DNA of 63,644 nt, the filler included, from Folioceros fuciformis (Eukaryota): NCBI GenBank assembly GCA_049999805.1. It is 16 parts of 16 records of this genome, joined end to end, with 100 filler letters (N's around TTAATTAATTAA, not from the genome) between each part and the next. Parts side by side here need not be neighbours in the genome. Positions count along the whole stretch, not along the records: positions 22,058 to 26,347 come from JBNGIO010002968.1; positions 26,448 to 29,184 come from JBNGIO010002969.1; positions 29,285 to 32,164 come from JBNGIO010002970.1; positions 32,265 to 40,091 come from JBNGIO010002971.1; 12 more parts are not named here. The stretch is one strand, 5' to 3'. Positions within the stretch are counted from its first letter, which is position 1. Each line of letters opens with the position of its first letter. Shown here piece by piece: positions 22,058-34,627 of this stretch. Position numbers and translations under genes: made by a program. The notes under the pieces were generated by a model. It saw only the letters and a program-made list of their open reading frames with translations. It was not told the origin of the DNA and searched no databases.

Positions 22058-25000
22058 ATTGGGGCTCTGTACCAGGAAGAACAAAGCAAAATTTTTTCTC
22101 AGACTGTTCCTAAGAACAGATCAGAAAAAATACTGGCTATTAACCAAAGGGTTTTTAGAGGAAAGGGAAAAATGTCTGCAAACTCTCATAATAAACCTCT
22201 TGCAACAGTTAAGTGCCCTGGAAATTGCAATTGGTGTGGAATTGCAGGCCACTGGGAAAGAGACTGCAGGAGGAAGAAAGCAAGCGAGCCGCAGCGTACA
22301 CAGAAGAGTGTTGCAGCTGCATCAGCCAAATCTAAAACACAAGGTGACACTAAGTCAGTAGTGAAGATACTTACTGTTAGTTTGGCACGTACTTTTCCTG
22401 CTGAAGACATCTGGTTTTTGGACTCCGGTGCAACTTCTCATATCTGCAGAAACAGGGAACTTTTCTATGAGTTTACCCCCAATTACACAAACAAACGTGT
22501 TCTACTTGGTGATGAAACCAACAGGACTAGTCTACCTATTCAGGGTAGTGGGGTCTGCAAGTTCCCTCTGCATGAGGGTTCGATACTTACACTTCAAGAT
22601 GTATTGTATGTTCCATCAATGGCTAAAAATTTGTTCTCCTTGAGCAAATTGATGCAGATTGGCAAATATGAGATGAAGGCTACAGAACAAGTTTGCCTTT
22701 TCTACCTACAGACCACACCTGAGTTCCTTGTTTTTGAAGGAGTTCTTGAATATGGCTTGTATAGGCTGGATGTATATGTTCTCCAACATAAGGCTGCTAT
22801 GGTTTCCAAACAGTCTGAGCATCTTGCTGTCATGTGGCATGCACGATTGGGACATGTTAATAGGCGTAAGCTGTTAGACATGTCCCTACAAGACTGTCAT
22901 AATGAGCAATTACCTCAAGTATTCAAGGAGCTACCTCCTTGTGAAGCCTGTATAATCGCGAAACAGAAGGAACATCCATTCCCCTCAACAGCCTCCTACA
23001 GAGCCACAAAAATTCTTGAGTTAGTACATGCCGATATCTCAGGCAAGATACAAGTTGCTTCATTAGGTGGAGCTTTGTATTACCTGTGTATTACGGACGA
23101 CTACTCTCGTTATACTTGGACGTTTCCACTACACCTCAAAAGTGATACCTTTGAGATGTTTCAGGAATGGTTACAGTTAGTAGAAAGACAAACTGGCAAA
23201 CTTCTCAAGTGTCTTCGGACTGATAATGGCACTGAATTTGTGAACCGTACTATTGATTCCTATCTGCAAGATAAAGGCATACAACGTCAACTCACTGTAC
23301 CATACACACCACAACAAAACGGTGCTGCAGAAAGAAAGAATCAAACACTTCTGGCTATGACCAGAAGTATGCTACTATGGGCAGGCTTACCCCAAACTTT
23401 TTGGGCTGAAGCTAATGTAGCTGCCACTTACATTTTGAATCGGCTCTTTACCAGTTCGATCTCCTCCCGGACTCCCTATGAAGTTATGTGGAATAGAAAG
23501 CCAAGCTTACTTCACCTTCGTGTTTTTGGCTCTAAGGCTTTTGCTCTCGTTCCGGGGGAGAAACGTCGCAAGTTGGATCCTCGAGCCCAAGCCCTCATAT
23601 TTGTAGGATACAGTGAGCGATCGAAGGCATACAAATTGTATGACCCTGTCAACAATTGTGTAGTGTTAGCTCGTTCAGTCACTTTCTTGGAAACTCAGCA
23701 ACCTCAACTACTCAATCAACCATTATTACAACCGCCTCCAGAAGACTTACTTTCCGCTGCTGAACCACTTGATTCATCATATCCTTCTGATGCTGTTGAT
23801 GAATTGCTTGAGGATGCTGATGTTGACCCTCCTGTCCAAACATATACCCCACTTGTTCATACTGATCAGGAGGGAAATGAACATCCTGCTGTGTTCGAAC
23901 AGGATCCCCCTGCTGCAAATTTACAGGTCGTTAAGGAGCCCTTACCTATTGATCCAACTGCAGAGGGAGTACCTTTACCTGAACATAGGACAGTGGAAGA
24001 TGTGCCCCAACCTGCACAGCCTGATCCAGTAGCTGATCCTCCCCGTAGATCTAGCAGAAATAGGCTACCTTCTGAACAATGGAAAGAACCTAGATATGAG
24101 TCCATTGATTTCAGAACTTCATATGCAAATGCTTGCCATTCAGCTTCAAGTACAATACACCTAGAACCTAAGACACTTGACGAGGCATTTTCTGGCCCTA
24201 ATAAGGACAAATGGAAGTTTGCCGTCGATGATGAGTACAATTCTCTCATTAAGAATCATACTTGGGTGCTAGCAGATCTCCCCAAGGGCAGAAAACCGAT
24301 ATCCTGTAAATGGGTATTCAAACTTAAGTTAAATGCCAAAGGAGAGATTGCAAGACACAAAGCCAGACTAGTTGCTAGAGGTTTTACTCAGGTTGAGGGT
24401 CTGAATTATCAAGAAACATTCTCACCTGTTGTCCGAGCTCAATCTATAAGGATGATCTTAGCTCTGGCTGCTGAACTGAATCTTGACCTTCAACAAATGG
24501 ACGTGTGTACTGCATATTTGTATGGGGCATTAAACGAAGAACTTTATATGATACAACCTGAAGGCTATGAAGATAAACAACACCCAAATAAGGTCCTCAA
24601 GTTGCTGAAAACCATATATGGCTTGAAGCAGAGTGGCCGAATCTGGTACCTCACTATCCATGAGTATCTTCTTGCCAATTCCTTTATACAGAGTGTTGCT
24701 GATGGCACAGTATACAAGATCACTCGTGGACAACACTTTCTTATACTGGCCATATATGTGGATGACTTGATTCTAGCAACAAACCACCAACCTTTGTTAG
24801 CAGAAGTCAAGAGTGTGCTGAGCAGCAAGTTTGATATGAAGGATATAGGAGAGTTGAAATTCTGTTTAGGAATACAACTCCTACGTGTTAGATCAGAAGG
24901 GTTGCTAATAATCAGTACCAATATGTCCAGGAACTGTTAGTAATATTTAAACTTGAGCAAGCACGCCCTGCAACTACACCCATGGCTATAGGAATGAAGC

Positions 25001-25746
25001 TTACCAGCCTACAGTGTCCCCAGGAGTGTGATGAGATAAGAGAAATGGCCACAGTCCCCTACCGGCAAGCTGTAGGCAGTTTACTGTTTATTGCCAACTG
25101 GACAAGGCCGGATATACAATATGCGGTCAGCACCTTGTCACAATTTCTGGAGAACCCCGACAGGGCTCATTGGGTGGCAGTTAAGTGGGTGATTCGTTAT
25201 TTAAAGGGTACAGAATACACCGGGCTTATTTGCAAATCATTTGGCACTGGAAGACTTACCCCAACTGGTTTTACAGATGCCGATTGGGCCTCTGATAGTG
25301 ATTCGAGACGCAGCATATCATATTCCTTCATGCTGTCCTCTGCAATGGTAAGCTGGAGCAGCAAGAAGCAAACGTCAATAGCCTTATCTTCTACAGAAGC
25401 AGAATACAAAAGCTTAACAGAAGCTTCTAAAGAACTCGAATGGGAACGAACCTTCCTGTTAGACTTGGGGCAACAACAGGACAGTCCCACTTCTCTGCTG
25501 TGTGATAATATGTCAGCCCTTGATCTCGTTTCTCATCCTAAATACCATGCAAGGACTAAACACATAGAGATACAACATCATTACATCAGAGATGTTGTGG
25601 AAAGAGGGATTGCCGTTGTCAACTACATATCTACAGACTTGAACACAGCCGATATACTAACAAAAGGGCTGCCCAAGCAAAAACACTGTCAACATATGGA
25701 AGGGTTAGGCCTGGCAGATTTTTCTGTCTACTCAAGACATATTTAA
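22058..25746 (+). pseudogene. gag-pol: Copia family C gag(3' part)-pol with one frameshift near 24915-24950
   Basis: CNWCGIAGHWERDC, WFLDSGATSH, RTDNGTEF and AIYVDD in ORF 22172-24940; RNase H TDADWAS...ADILTK in ORF 24982-25746. Confidence 0.93.
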
Positions 25747-25833
25747 CTACTTGTTCTTCCTATCTGGTGTTCTCAAACTTCACTATCATGTAAATTTGTC
25801 CAAGTACACCAGGTGGATGAAACAGTGTTACTT

Positions 25834-26347
25834 CTACTGATATATGCTGACAACAGAAAGTTTACAGTGGATTTCTTCAACAACTGGATGTGATATCCTC
25901 CCCCCTGTTTGTAGATCTGTTGTTCTCCTGCTTGTTCTGTGACAGAGGGAGCACGATACAGATTTTAGGAGGATGATGTGCACAGTATCCAGAGAAACCT
26001 GTATAATAAGAGCAAAGTCGAAGCAACAGATGGATGAAGCTTCAACGAAAGATCTAATCACCTGTTGTTCGATGCCTATTGGTGCCTCCTCCTCTATCAC
26101 GCAAGATTGCACATGGCTGTTTACCTCCCCTTCCTCGTCGAATGAGCTTTGAAGAATCTCCGTGCTGTTCCCGAGAGTCATGCTTCCTTGGGAGTCGAGC
26201 TTTCCATTTGTTTTGATGAAGCGCCACGACATATCCTTCACTCCTGCCCATCTCACCCGTAGGTTCCTCAAAGTTTGCACTGCTGCGTTCCTAGGAACAA
26301 ATGGAGATGTTGCCAGTATCACTGGAGACGAAGGTGCAAGGGGCTGA
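25834..26347 (-). CDS. Antisense accessory ORF downstream of Copia-C pol (5'-partial, runs off the contig)
   Basis: About 170 stop-free codons converging on the pol stop; no recognisable domain; has a C-x2-C-H motif. Confidence 0.45.
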
Positions 26348-26622
26348 NNNNNNNNNNNNNNNNNNNNNNNNNNNNNNNNNNNNNNNNNNNNTTAATTAAT
26401 TAANNNNNNNNNNNNNNNNNNNNNNNNNNNNNNNNNNNNNNNNNNNNTGTAAAAACCCCTAGTTCCTAATCCTAGTTCCTAGTTTGGTTTTGGATAGTTT
26501 CAGTTTACTTAGGATTATTAAAGTTACAAGCGATTATTTAACCGTCAACTGAATATATATAAATGTTGTTCACGAGAAATAAAATGCATGAGTTTTTCAA
26601 GCAAGAGTTCTGTTTCCGCTCT

Positions 26623-26634
26623 TGGTATCAGAGC
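26623..26634 (+). promoter_or_regulatory. PBS complementary to initiator tRNA-Met
   Basis: TGGTATCAGAGC; also at 29602, 38075 and 53643 (+) and at 34333-34344 and 50967-50978 (-). Confidence 0.92.
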
Positions 26635-27420
26635 CTCATAGATCGAGCGAAGCCGCACGATCGGAGCTGCGACCAGTGCAGTGCCCATTCAGATCAGGGC
26701 GCCCTGCGCAGCATGACATGTGGGAGGCGATTCTTGCTTGATCACGGTTCAGATTTGTTCGCAAGATCCACGTGTGCCGTAAGCTCAGCCTCTGCCCAGC
26801 ACTCATCGGCTGTGCAAGAATCTGGGCGCAGATCACACGATCGGCGGTGCAAAGTGGCTTGCAGCAATCTGAATCCTGCTCACTCAAGTCCAGGCAGGCA
26901 CGATTGCGGTGCGGCGGCCTGCAGCAACGTGCGCCCTCGGCTGTGCAGAGGCTCAAGCAGTAGCAGTCGGGCGCAAGAGCGAGCAGCGGATCAGTACAGC
27001 AGCGGCGCGCGCGTGCCATCTTTGGTGGCACCGGGCGGTCGCAGGAGAGGCGGCAGCCGCAGGAGCATCAGAACCCGCGGCGCAGGCTCGCAGCCGACTG
27101 GGCACCACCGCGCGCCCAAGGGTAGCCGCGCCGCGTGTGCAGCGGCCTGTAGCGTAAACGGCCTAGGCTGCCGGTGCGCGGCCTGTGCTTCATCCTGCCC
27201 AGCAATCTTGCAACATTGTAGGCGGCATCCGACCGAGGCTTTCGGACCTGTTGGATGTTTTGGAAACTTCACTCCATACTTCTGACTCGGCATCCTCTGG
27301 GTTTACAAAGGAGCGTCCAACAAGTTCGTTTGCTAGCACTTATCGATCTGCATCTGTACAGTGTGAAACACCTCAGCGTCCTTCAAGTGATCCCGATACT
27401 CAGGTTAGGTTGTGAGGTGT

Positions 27421-29184
27421 ATGCCTCCTCGAAGCAAGGGAGTAATTCCAACTCCTCCACCACCTCCACCTAAGCACAACCGTCACCCTCTAGTCAATAA
27501 ATCAACAAACATGGCTGGAAATATAGTGAACAACAACTACACAACCTTTGATTTTAAGGAGCGTGATAGATTTGCGGGAAAAGACTTTGAGATCTGGGAA
27601 ACCAGAGTAAGAGCTATCTTGGAAGATAAGGATTTGTGGCCTGTCGTCAGCGGGAGCAAACTGAAGCCGGTACCTGCTGATGCAGCAAATCCTACTGCAG
27701 CAGAGACCCGTGATATTCAAGCCTGGGAAGCCTCGGACAGGAAGGCAAGAACGATCCTGATGCAAGCTTTAACAACTGAGACTATGCATCATATCTTAAG
27801 CACAGAAACATCCAAGGCTGCTTGGGATCAGATCAGGGCCAGCTACGCTTCAAAGGACACTCTGTCCTTAGTTCTCACAACCCAGCAATTTTATCAACAT
27901 AAGATGAGTGATCACGACACAGTTGACAAGCACATCACTCAATTTCGGTTGAATAGAACAAAACTAGCATCTATGGGAACTGTAATTACTGAGGAGCATG
28001 CAGCTGTAATCCTGCTTGCTTCCTTACCAAGCAGCTGGTCTACCTTCATCACGTCACAACAATCAAGGATAAACCTCACCTTATCCATGGTCATTGCAGC
28101 CATGTATCAACATGAAACAACTAAGCGCATTAGTTCAGGTGCGTCATCAGGTGGAGAGGGAGGAGCCTTGGCAGCAAAAGGACGGTTTCAAAGGTTTAAC
28201 AAACCGTGGCAGAAAAAGGATCAGCAAGGACAAGCATCTCAAAATCCAAATAAGCGTTTTCACAAATGCAGCTACTGTAAAAAGCCTGGACATTATTGGA
28301 AGGAATGTAGGAAAAAGAAGTTTGATGATCAAAAACGTGGAGTGTCAGTAAACAACAAAACCTCACACTCTCCTCCTTCCAGTTCTCCGGGCTGTTTCAT
28401 AGTCACATGTAACTTGACCTCTGATTTTGATAGTTCATGCTGGTTTCTTGATTCTGGGGCTTCAAGCCATTTTTGTTATGATAAGGAGATTATCTCAGAC
28501 TATGTAAAATTTGAACCTCCTAGAAGAGTTGCTTTAGGAGACGATCGAATATGCCCAATACTGGGAGAGGGCACTGTAACGCTGGAGCTGACCTCAGGAG
28601 CGCACCTTAAACTTCATCCAGTGTTGTATGTACCAGCGCTCACAAAGAATCTCCTTTCTACAATAAGCTTAGGAGATTTAAAACTTTATCGGGTGGTGAT
28701 AGAAGATGATGAGGCTACTATAAGTCTCAAGTCGTCACCTGATCAAGTACTTATAAGAGGACGCCCAGAAAAGGGTTTAGTTCTGTTGGACGTCAAGTCC
28801 ATAAAAACCACACACTTACGTGTTAAAGTCACTCAAACTGATGTCAATTTGACGAAGTTGTGGCATCGGCGATTGGGACATCCATCCATGCGTAAGCTGC
28901 AGCAGTTAGTCAACAACGACCTAGCTCTTGGAATTCCCAAGTTCACAGTTCATCGGGGTGATCACTGTGAGCCATGTATATTAGGTAAGCAGGAAAAACT
29001 TCCTCATCCTAACAGTTTATCCAAGACCACACGTGTATTGGACCTGGTCCATACTGACGTGTGCGGACCGATGGAGTATAAATCAATTGGTGGCAGCAGC
29101 TACTTTGTAAGTTTCATCGACGATTATAGTAGGTTCACTGCATCTACTTTCTATCGGCTAGGTACCAAGTATTCGACAGATTCA
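27421..29184 (+). CDS. gag-pol: Copia-A Gag-Pol, 3'-partial
   Basis: FDFKERDRFAGKDFEIW, UBN2-type gag, CSYCKKPGHYWKEC, WFLDSGASSH, LWHRRLGH; 1-nt deletion near 29137. Confidence 0.92.
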
Positions 29185-29284
29185 NNNNNNNNNNNNNNNN
29201 NNNNNNNNNNNNNNNNNNNNNNNNNNNNTTAATTAATTAANNNNNNNNNNNNNNNNNNNNNNNNNNNNNNNNNNNNNNNNNNNN

Positions 29285-29426
29285 GAGCCCTCGAATCCAT
29301 CATCGAGTTCATCAAGTCCGACCCTCCACCCACAGCAGCAAGGAACCCCATCGCTCCTTCGTGGGAACGAAACCCAATGTCTCAACGACAGTGGGATAAG
29401 TGTGGCCACTAAAGGTGGGTCCCGTC
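29285..29426 (+). repeat. Gypsy LTR fragment, insertion target of Copia-A3
   Basis: Matches ~32692-32830 and ~57310-57450. Confidence 0.85.
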
Positions 29427-32164
29427 TGTAAAAACCCCTAGTTCCTAATCCTAGTTCCTAGTTTGGTTTTGGATAGTTTCAGTTTACTTAGGATTATTAA
29501 AGTTACAAGCGGTTATTTAACCGTCAACTGAATATATATAAATGTTGTTCACGAGAAATAAAAAGCATGAGTTTTTCAAGCAAGAGTTCTGTTTCCGCTC
29601 TTGGTATCAGAGCCTCATAGATCGAGCGAAGCCGCACGATCGGAGCTGCGACCAGTGCAGTGCCCATTCAGATCAGGGCGCCCTGCGCAGCATGACATGT
29701 GGGAGGCGATTCTTGCTTGATCACGGTTCAGATTTGTTCGCAAGATCCACGTGTGCCGTAAGCTCAGCCTCTGCCCAGCACTCATCGGCTGTGCAAGAAT
29801 CTGGGCGCAGATCACACGATCGGCGGTGCAAAGTGGCTTGCAGCAATCTGAATCCTGCTCACTCAAGTCCAGGCAGGCACGATTGCGGTGCGGCGGCCTG
29901 CAGCAACGTGCGCCCTCGGCTGTGCAGAGGCTCAAGCAGTAGCAGTCGGGCGCAAGAGCGAGCAGCGGATCAGTACAGCAGCGGCGCGCGCGTGCCATCT
30001 TTGGTGGCTCCGGGCGGTCGCAGGAGAGGCGGCAGCTGCAGGAGCATCAGAACCCGCGGCGCAGGCTCGCAGCCGCCTGGGCACCACCGCGCGCCCAAGG
30101 GTAGCCGCGCCGCGTGTGCAGCGGCCTGTGGCGTAAACGGCCTAGGCTGCCGGTGCGCGGCCTGTGCTTCACCCTGCCCAGCAATCTTGCAACATTGTAG
30201 GCGGCATCCGACCGAGGCTTTCGGACCTGTTGGATGTTTTGGAAACTTCACTCCATACTTCTGACTCGGCATCCTCTGGGTTTACAAAGGAGCGTCCAAC
30301 AAGTTCGTTTGCTAGCACTTATCGATCTGCATCTGTACAGTGTGAAACACCTCAGCGTCCTTCAAGTGATCCCGATACTCAGGTTAGGTTGTGAGGTGTA
30401 TGCCTCCTCGAAGCAAGGGAGTAATTCCAACTCCTCCACCACCTCCACCTAAGCACAACCGTCACCCTCTAGTCAATAAATCAACAAACATGGCTGGAAA
30501 TATAGTGAACAACAACTACACAACCTTTGATTTTAAGGAGCGTGATAGATTTGCGGGAAAAGACTTTGAGATCTGGGAAACCAGAGTAAGAGCTATCTTG
30601 GAAGATAAGGATTTGTGGCCTGTCGTCAGCGGGAGCAAACTGAAGCCGGTACCTGCTGATGCAGCAAATCCTACTGCAGCAGAGACCCGTGATATTCAAG
30701 CCTGGGAAGCCTCGGACAGGAAGGCAAGAACGATCCTGATGCAAGCTTTAACAACTGAGACTATGCATCATATCTTAAGCACAGAAACATCCAAGGCTGC
30801 TTGGGATCAGATCAGGGCCAGCTACGCTTCAAAGGACACTCTGTCCTTAGTTCTCACAACCCAGCAATTTTATCAACATAAGATGAGTGATCACGACACA
30901 GTTGACAAGCACATCACTCAATTTCGGTTGAATAGAACAAAACTAGCATCTATGGGAACTGTAATTACTGAGGAGCATGCAGCTGTAATCCTGCTTGCTT
31001 CCTTACCAAGCAGCTGGTCTACCTTCATCACGTCACAACAATCAAGGATAAACCTCACCTTATCCATGGTCATTGCAGCCATGTATCAACATGAAACAAC
31101 TAAGCGCATTAGTTCAGGTGCGTCATCAGGTGGAGAGGGAGGAGCCTTGGCAGCAAAAGGACGGTTTCAAAGGTTTAACAAACCGTGGCAGAAAAAGGAT
31201 CAGCAAGGACAAGCATCTCAAAATCCAAATAAGCGTTTTCACAAATGCAGCTACTGTAAAAAGCCTGGACATTATTGGAAGGAATGTAGGAAAAAGAAGT
31301 TTGATGATCAAAAACGTGGAGTGTCAGTAAACAACAAAACCTCACACTCTCCTCCTTCCAGTTCTCCGGGCTGTTTCATAGTCACATGTAACTTGACCTC
31401 TGATTTTGATAGTTCATGCTGGTTTCTTGATTCTGGGGCTTCAAGCCATTTTTGTTATGATAAGGAGATTATCTCAGACTATGTAAAATTTGAACCTCCT
31501 AGAAGAGTTGCTTTAGGAGACAATCGAATATGCCCAATACTGGGAGAGGGCACTGTAACGCTGGAGCTGACCTCAGGAGCGCACCTTAAACTTCATCCAG
31601 TGTTGTATGTACCAGCGCTCACAAAGAATCTCCTTTCTACAATAAGCTTAGGAGATTTAAAACTTTATCGGGTGGTGATAGAAGATGATGAGGCTACTAT
31701 AAGTCTCAAGTCGTCACCTGATCAAGTACTTATAAGAGGACGCCCAGAAAAGGGTTTAGTTCTGTTGGACGTCAAGTCCATAAAAACCACACACTTACGT
31801 GTTAAAGTCACTCAAACTGATGTCAATTTGACGAAGTTGTGGCATCGGCGATTGGGACATCCATCCATGCGTAAGCTGCAGCAGTTAGTCAACAACGACC
31901 TAGCTCTTGGAATTCCCAAGTTCACAGTTCATCGGGGTGATCACTGTGAGCCATGTATATTAGGTAAGCAGGAAAAACTTCCTCATCCTAACAGTTTATC
32001 CAAGACCACACGTGTATTGGACCTGGTCCATACTGACGTGTGCGGACCGATGGAGTATAAATCAATTGGTGGCAGCAGCTACTTTGTAAGTTTCATCGAC
32101 GATTATAGTAGGTTCACCTGCATCTACTTTCTATCGGCTAGGTACCAAGTATTCGACAGATTCA
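29427..32164 (+). mobile_element. Copia family A, copy 3 (5' LTR 29427-29601, PBS 29602-29613)
   Basis: Nearly identical to copy 2; inserted after CCGTC in a Gypsy LTR. Confidence 0.95.
30400..32164 (+). CDS. gag-pol: Copia-A Gag-Pol, 3'-partial
   Basis: Same protein as 27421-29184 apart from one D/N change and the absence of the 1-nt deletion. Confidence 0.92.
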
Positions 32165-32264
32165 NNNNNNNNNNNNNNNNNNNNNNNNNNNNNNNNNNNN
32201 NNNNNNNNTTAATTAATTAANNNNNNNNNNNNNNNNNNNNNNNNNNNNNNNNNNNNNNNNNNNN

Positions 32265-32863
32265 AGGGGCTTGCCCCTAGCTCTTGATTGTAAAGGGTGT
32301 GTCTTTCTCTCAACCTGTCCACTCTTGTTCCTTGCTTGGTCAAGTGCTGTAGGCCGGCCATGTCTCATGGCGTCTGGTAAGGTTGTGGGGAGGAGATACC
32401 CAAGAGGGGAGTGTGTTCCCTTCTTCCTTTTGTTTGGGGTTAGTCTAGTGACTCTTGCCGGGTAGGAGGAGTCCGTAGGGAAGTGTAGAAGGTAGTGGTG
32501 TCGTTGCTGGTTGCTGGTAGTTGTTAGTGTTGGTGCTGGAGCGAGAGAGTGAGTGAAGTGAGTGAAGGAAGTCGCAGATCTGAGAGGTTAGAGTCGTTGT
32601 AGTGACTGGAGTGAGTTTGTGGGCACCAAGAGAGGTGCAGCTGACCACCGGACAGCGAGGCCTGTCCTACGCCTGATCGAAGCTGGAGGGGAGCCCTCGA
32701 ATCCATCGTCGAGTTGATCAAGTCCGACTTTCCATCCACAGCAGCAAGGAACCCCATCGCTCCTTCGTGGGAACGAAACCCAATGTCTCAACGACACTGG
32801 GATAAGTGTGGCCACTAAAGGTGGAACCCATTGGCAATCAGTGCCCGGGGTTTTGCCTCCACA
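32265..32863 (+). repeat. Gypsy LTR 3' part (solo or 3' LTR)
   Basis: Ends GGTTTTGCCTCCACA like the LTR at 3403 but is not followed by a PBS. Confidence 0.8.
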
Positions 32864-33212
32864 CTCTGCAAGGGCGCCTATATATAACATACCAGGCCAA
32901 GGGCGCTCAACTACAGGCGCACAAACGATGCGGGCGCACGAGGCGCCGCGGACACACAAGGCAAGCTGCCACCCCGGCCGCAGGCGCCAAGCGGGCGCCA
33001 TGCGGGCCACTAGCTCCCGGGCGCCTCGCTGCAGGGGCACCAGGCCCCAACCGCGGGGGTGTAGACAGGCCCCCGGCCGCGGGGGGTGCAGCTAGGCCTC
33101 GGTCGTGGGGGATGCAGCTAGGCCTTGGCCGCAAGGGGGTGCAGCCAGGCCCCGGCTGCCGGGGGCACCTGACCCCGGCAGTACGAAAGAAGACCCGTAT
33201 GAAAATGAAGAA

Positions 33213-34627
33213 AGTGGTATTAAACTCATTCAGATGGTCGGACATCCTCGCCCCTTCCTTCATCTTCAAGTCTACTAGCTATTTCAACCAGTACACCTGA
33301 GAAGTTGCACTTTGCTTCTCATAAAGGTCACACAACTTCTGCCATAGCTTGTAAATTGTGGTCTTGTCTTTCACATTGAAGTAGACCGACTTCGACGATG
33401 TTACCATGATGGTAGACCTAGCAAGCTCATCTAGATCCTGCCACTCATCTTGAGTCATGCTAACAGGTTTCACTCCTAGCAGCTTGATGGGCTTGATTTA
33501 CTTCTTCTGTACTAGAACATTATACACTTGTTCTTTCCATAACGGGAAGTTAGTACCATCTAACTTCTCAATATTGAACATGACGTTTTCTGAGGACGTC
33601 ATGATTCGAAATCGATGCAAATCAAGCAAAAGGCTAGCTGGAAAATAGTCAAAATGTAATGTAGATCCTAAAATTTACCCTCACAACTCGTTCCGAATTG
33701 ACTGTCTGCAATTCAGGCCGACATTATGGGCCTAAATTCTTCGATTGAAATCTGGTCGCCTCACGGTTGGGATCTCGGTTCGGTGCCCGTGCCCTCACTC
33801 TCAGGGTCAACTCTCCAACACCCGATGTCCTTGATGCCCTTGCCTCGCGACGCCTATGCCTGCGTTGTCACGCCTCGGCGACCGTGGCTTCGGCACCCAC
33901 GCCTCAGTGCTCCGGCGCCAGCGTCCTGTGGCCTGGCCGCATCGCGTCGCAATGCCCTGGTCCGCGGCGCCAAAGCACCGCGGGCATCCGCACTGAGTGC
34001 GGTTAGGCGCCCGCCGCGCCTGGCTCCCCCAACGTTGGGGGCCTGATGCCCCTACAACTAGCGCCTGCGGCTGGGGCACCCGCAGTGCCTGCCTAGCGCT
34101 GCGGGCCTAGCCACCTGCACCTGCCTGCGCTCGTGGTGCCCTTGGGGCCTGCGTAGACCTAGCTCCCCCAGCGCCCCACGGGCTGGCTACTCCCTGTGCC
34201 CGCATCCTCCATCCGCACACCACGCTTTGCGCTTCCTTCGCTCCCGGCGCCACGCCTAGATGCCCATCCTCACCGACCTGACGCCTCTGTCCGTAGCACC
34301 TGCAACCATCACCAATCTTGCTCCACACCTAGGCTCTGATACCAGTTGAAGGATCGCTAGAGGAGCCACATGGTGAAGGAGGAGAGGAGGAGAGGAGAAA
34401 GAGAGGTCACACTCTCTCACAGAGTCTCACATTGTAAGGGAGCTCAAGGGGGTATTTATACCCTCTAGAGGAGCTCCCAAGGAAGCTTCACAAGAAGCGC
34501 AAAGGAAGCTGCGCAAGAAGCTTCCTACATATTAGCTTAAGCTAATCTAAACTAATGATACTTCACTAGACACTAATCTTAGACTAAACATATTAGTCTA
34601 AGCACATTGGGCTTTAATATCCCTACA
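33213..34627 (-). mobile_element. Copia family H 5' portion: LTR 34347-34627 (TG..CA), PBS 34333-34344, GC-rich leader, truncated gag from 33602
   Basis: gag MTSSENVMFNIEKLDGTNFP matches the copy starting at 40428; inserted in Copia-I. Confidence 0.85.

Larger units (their letters stand above)
26448..29184 (+). mobile_element. Copia family A, copy 2 (5' LTR 26448-26622, PBS, GC-rich leader, gag-PR-IN start)
   Basis: 175-bp LTR, PBS TGGTATCAGAGC at 26623-26634; nearly identical to copies 1 and 3. Confidence 0.95.

Noticed and set aside
26452-26485. CCCTAG/CCTAA-like repeats at the Copia-A LTR start as telomeric repeats
   Set aside because: Only about four degenerate units and none is a perfect CCCTAAA.
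26563-27285. 240-aa ORF spanning the Copia-A LTR, PBS and leader (also 29542-30264)
   Set aside because: It starts inside the LTR, lies in very GC-rich DNA with long ORFs in several frames on both strands, and is Ala/Arg/Ser/Cys-biased. Conservation between near-identical copies is uninformative. Not counted as an accessory gene, though not excluded.
32588-33300. 150-164-aa ORFs across the Gypsy LTR / GC-rich junction
   Set aside because: They cross element boundaries and the antisense strand of gag; compositional artefacts.
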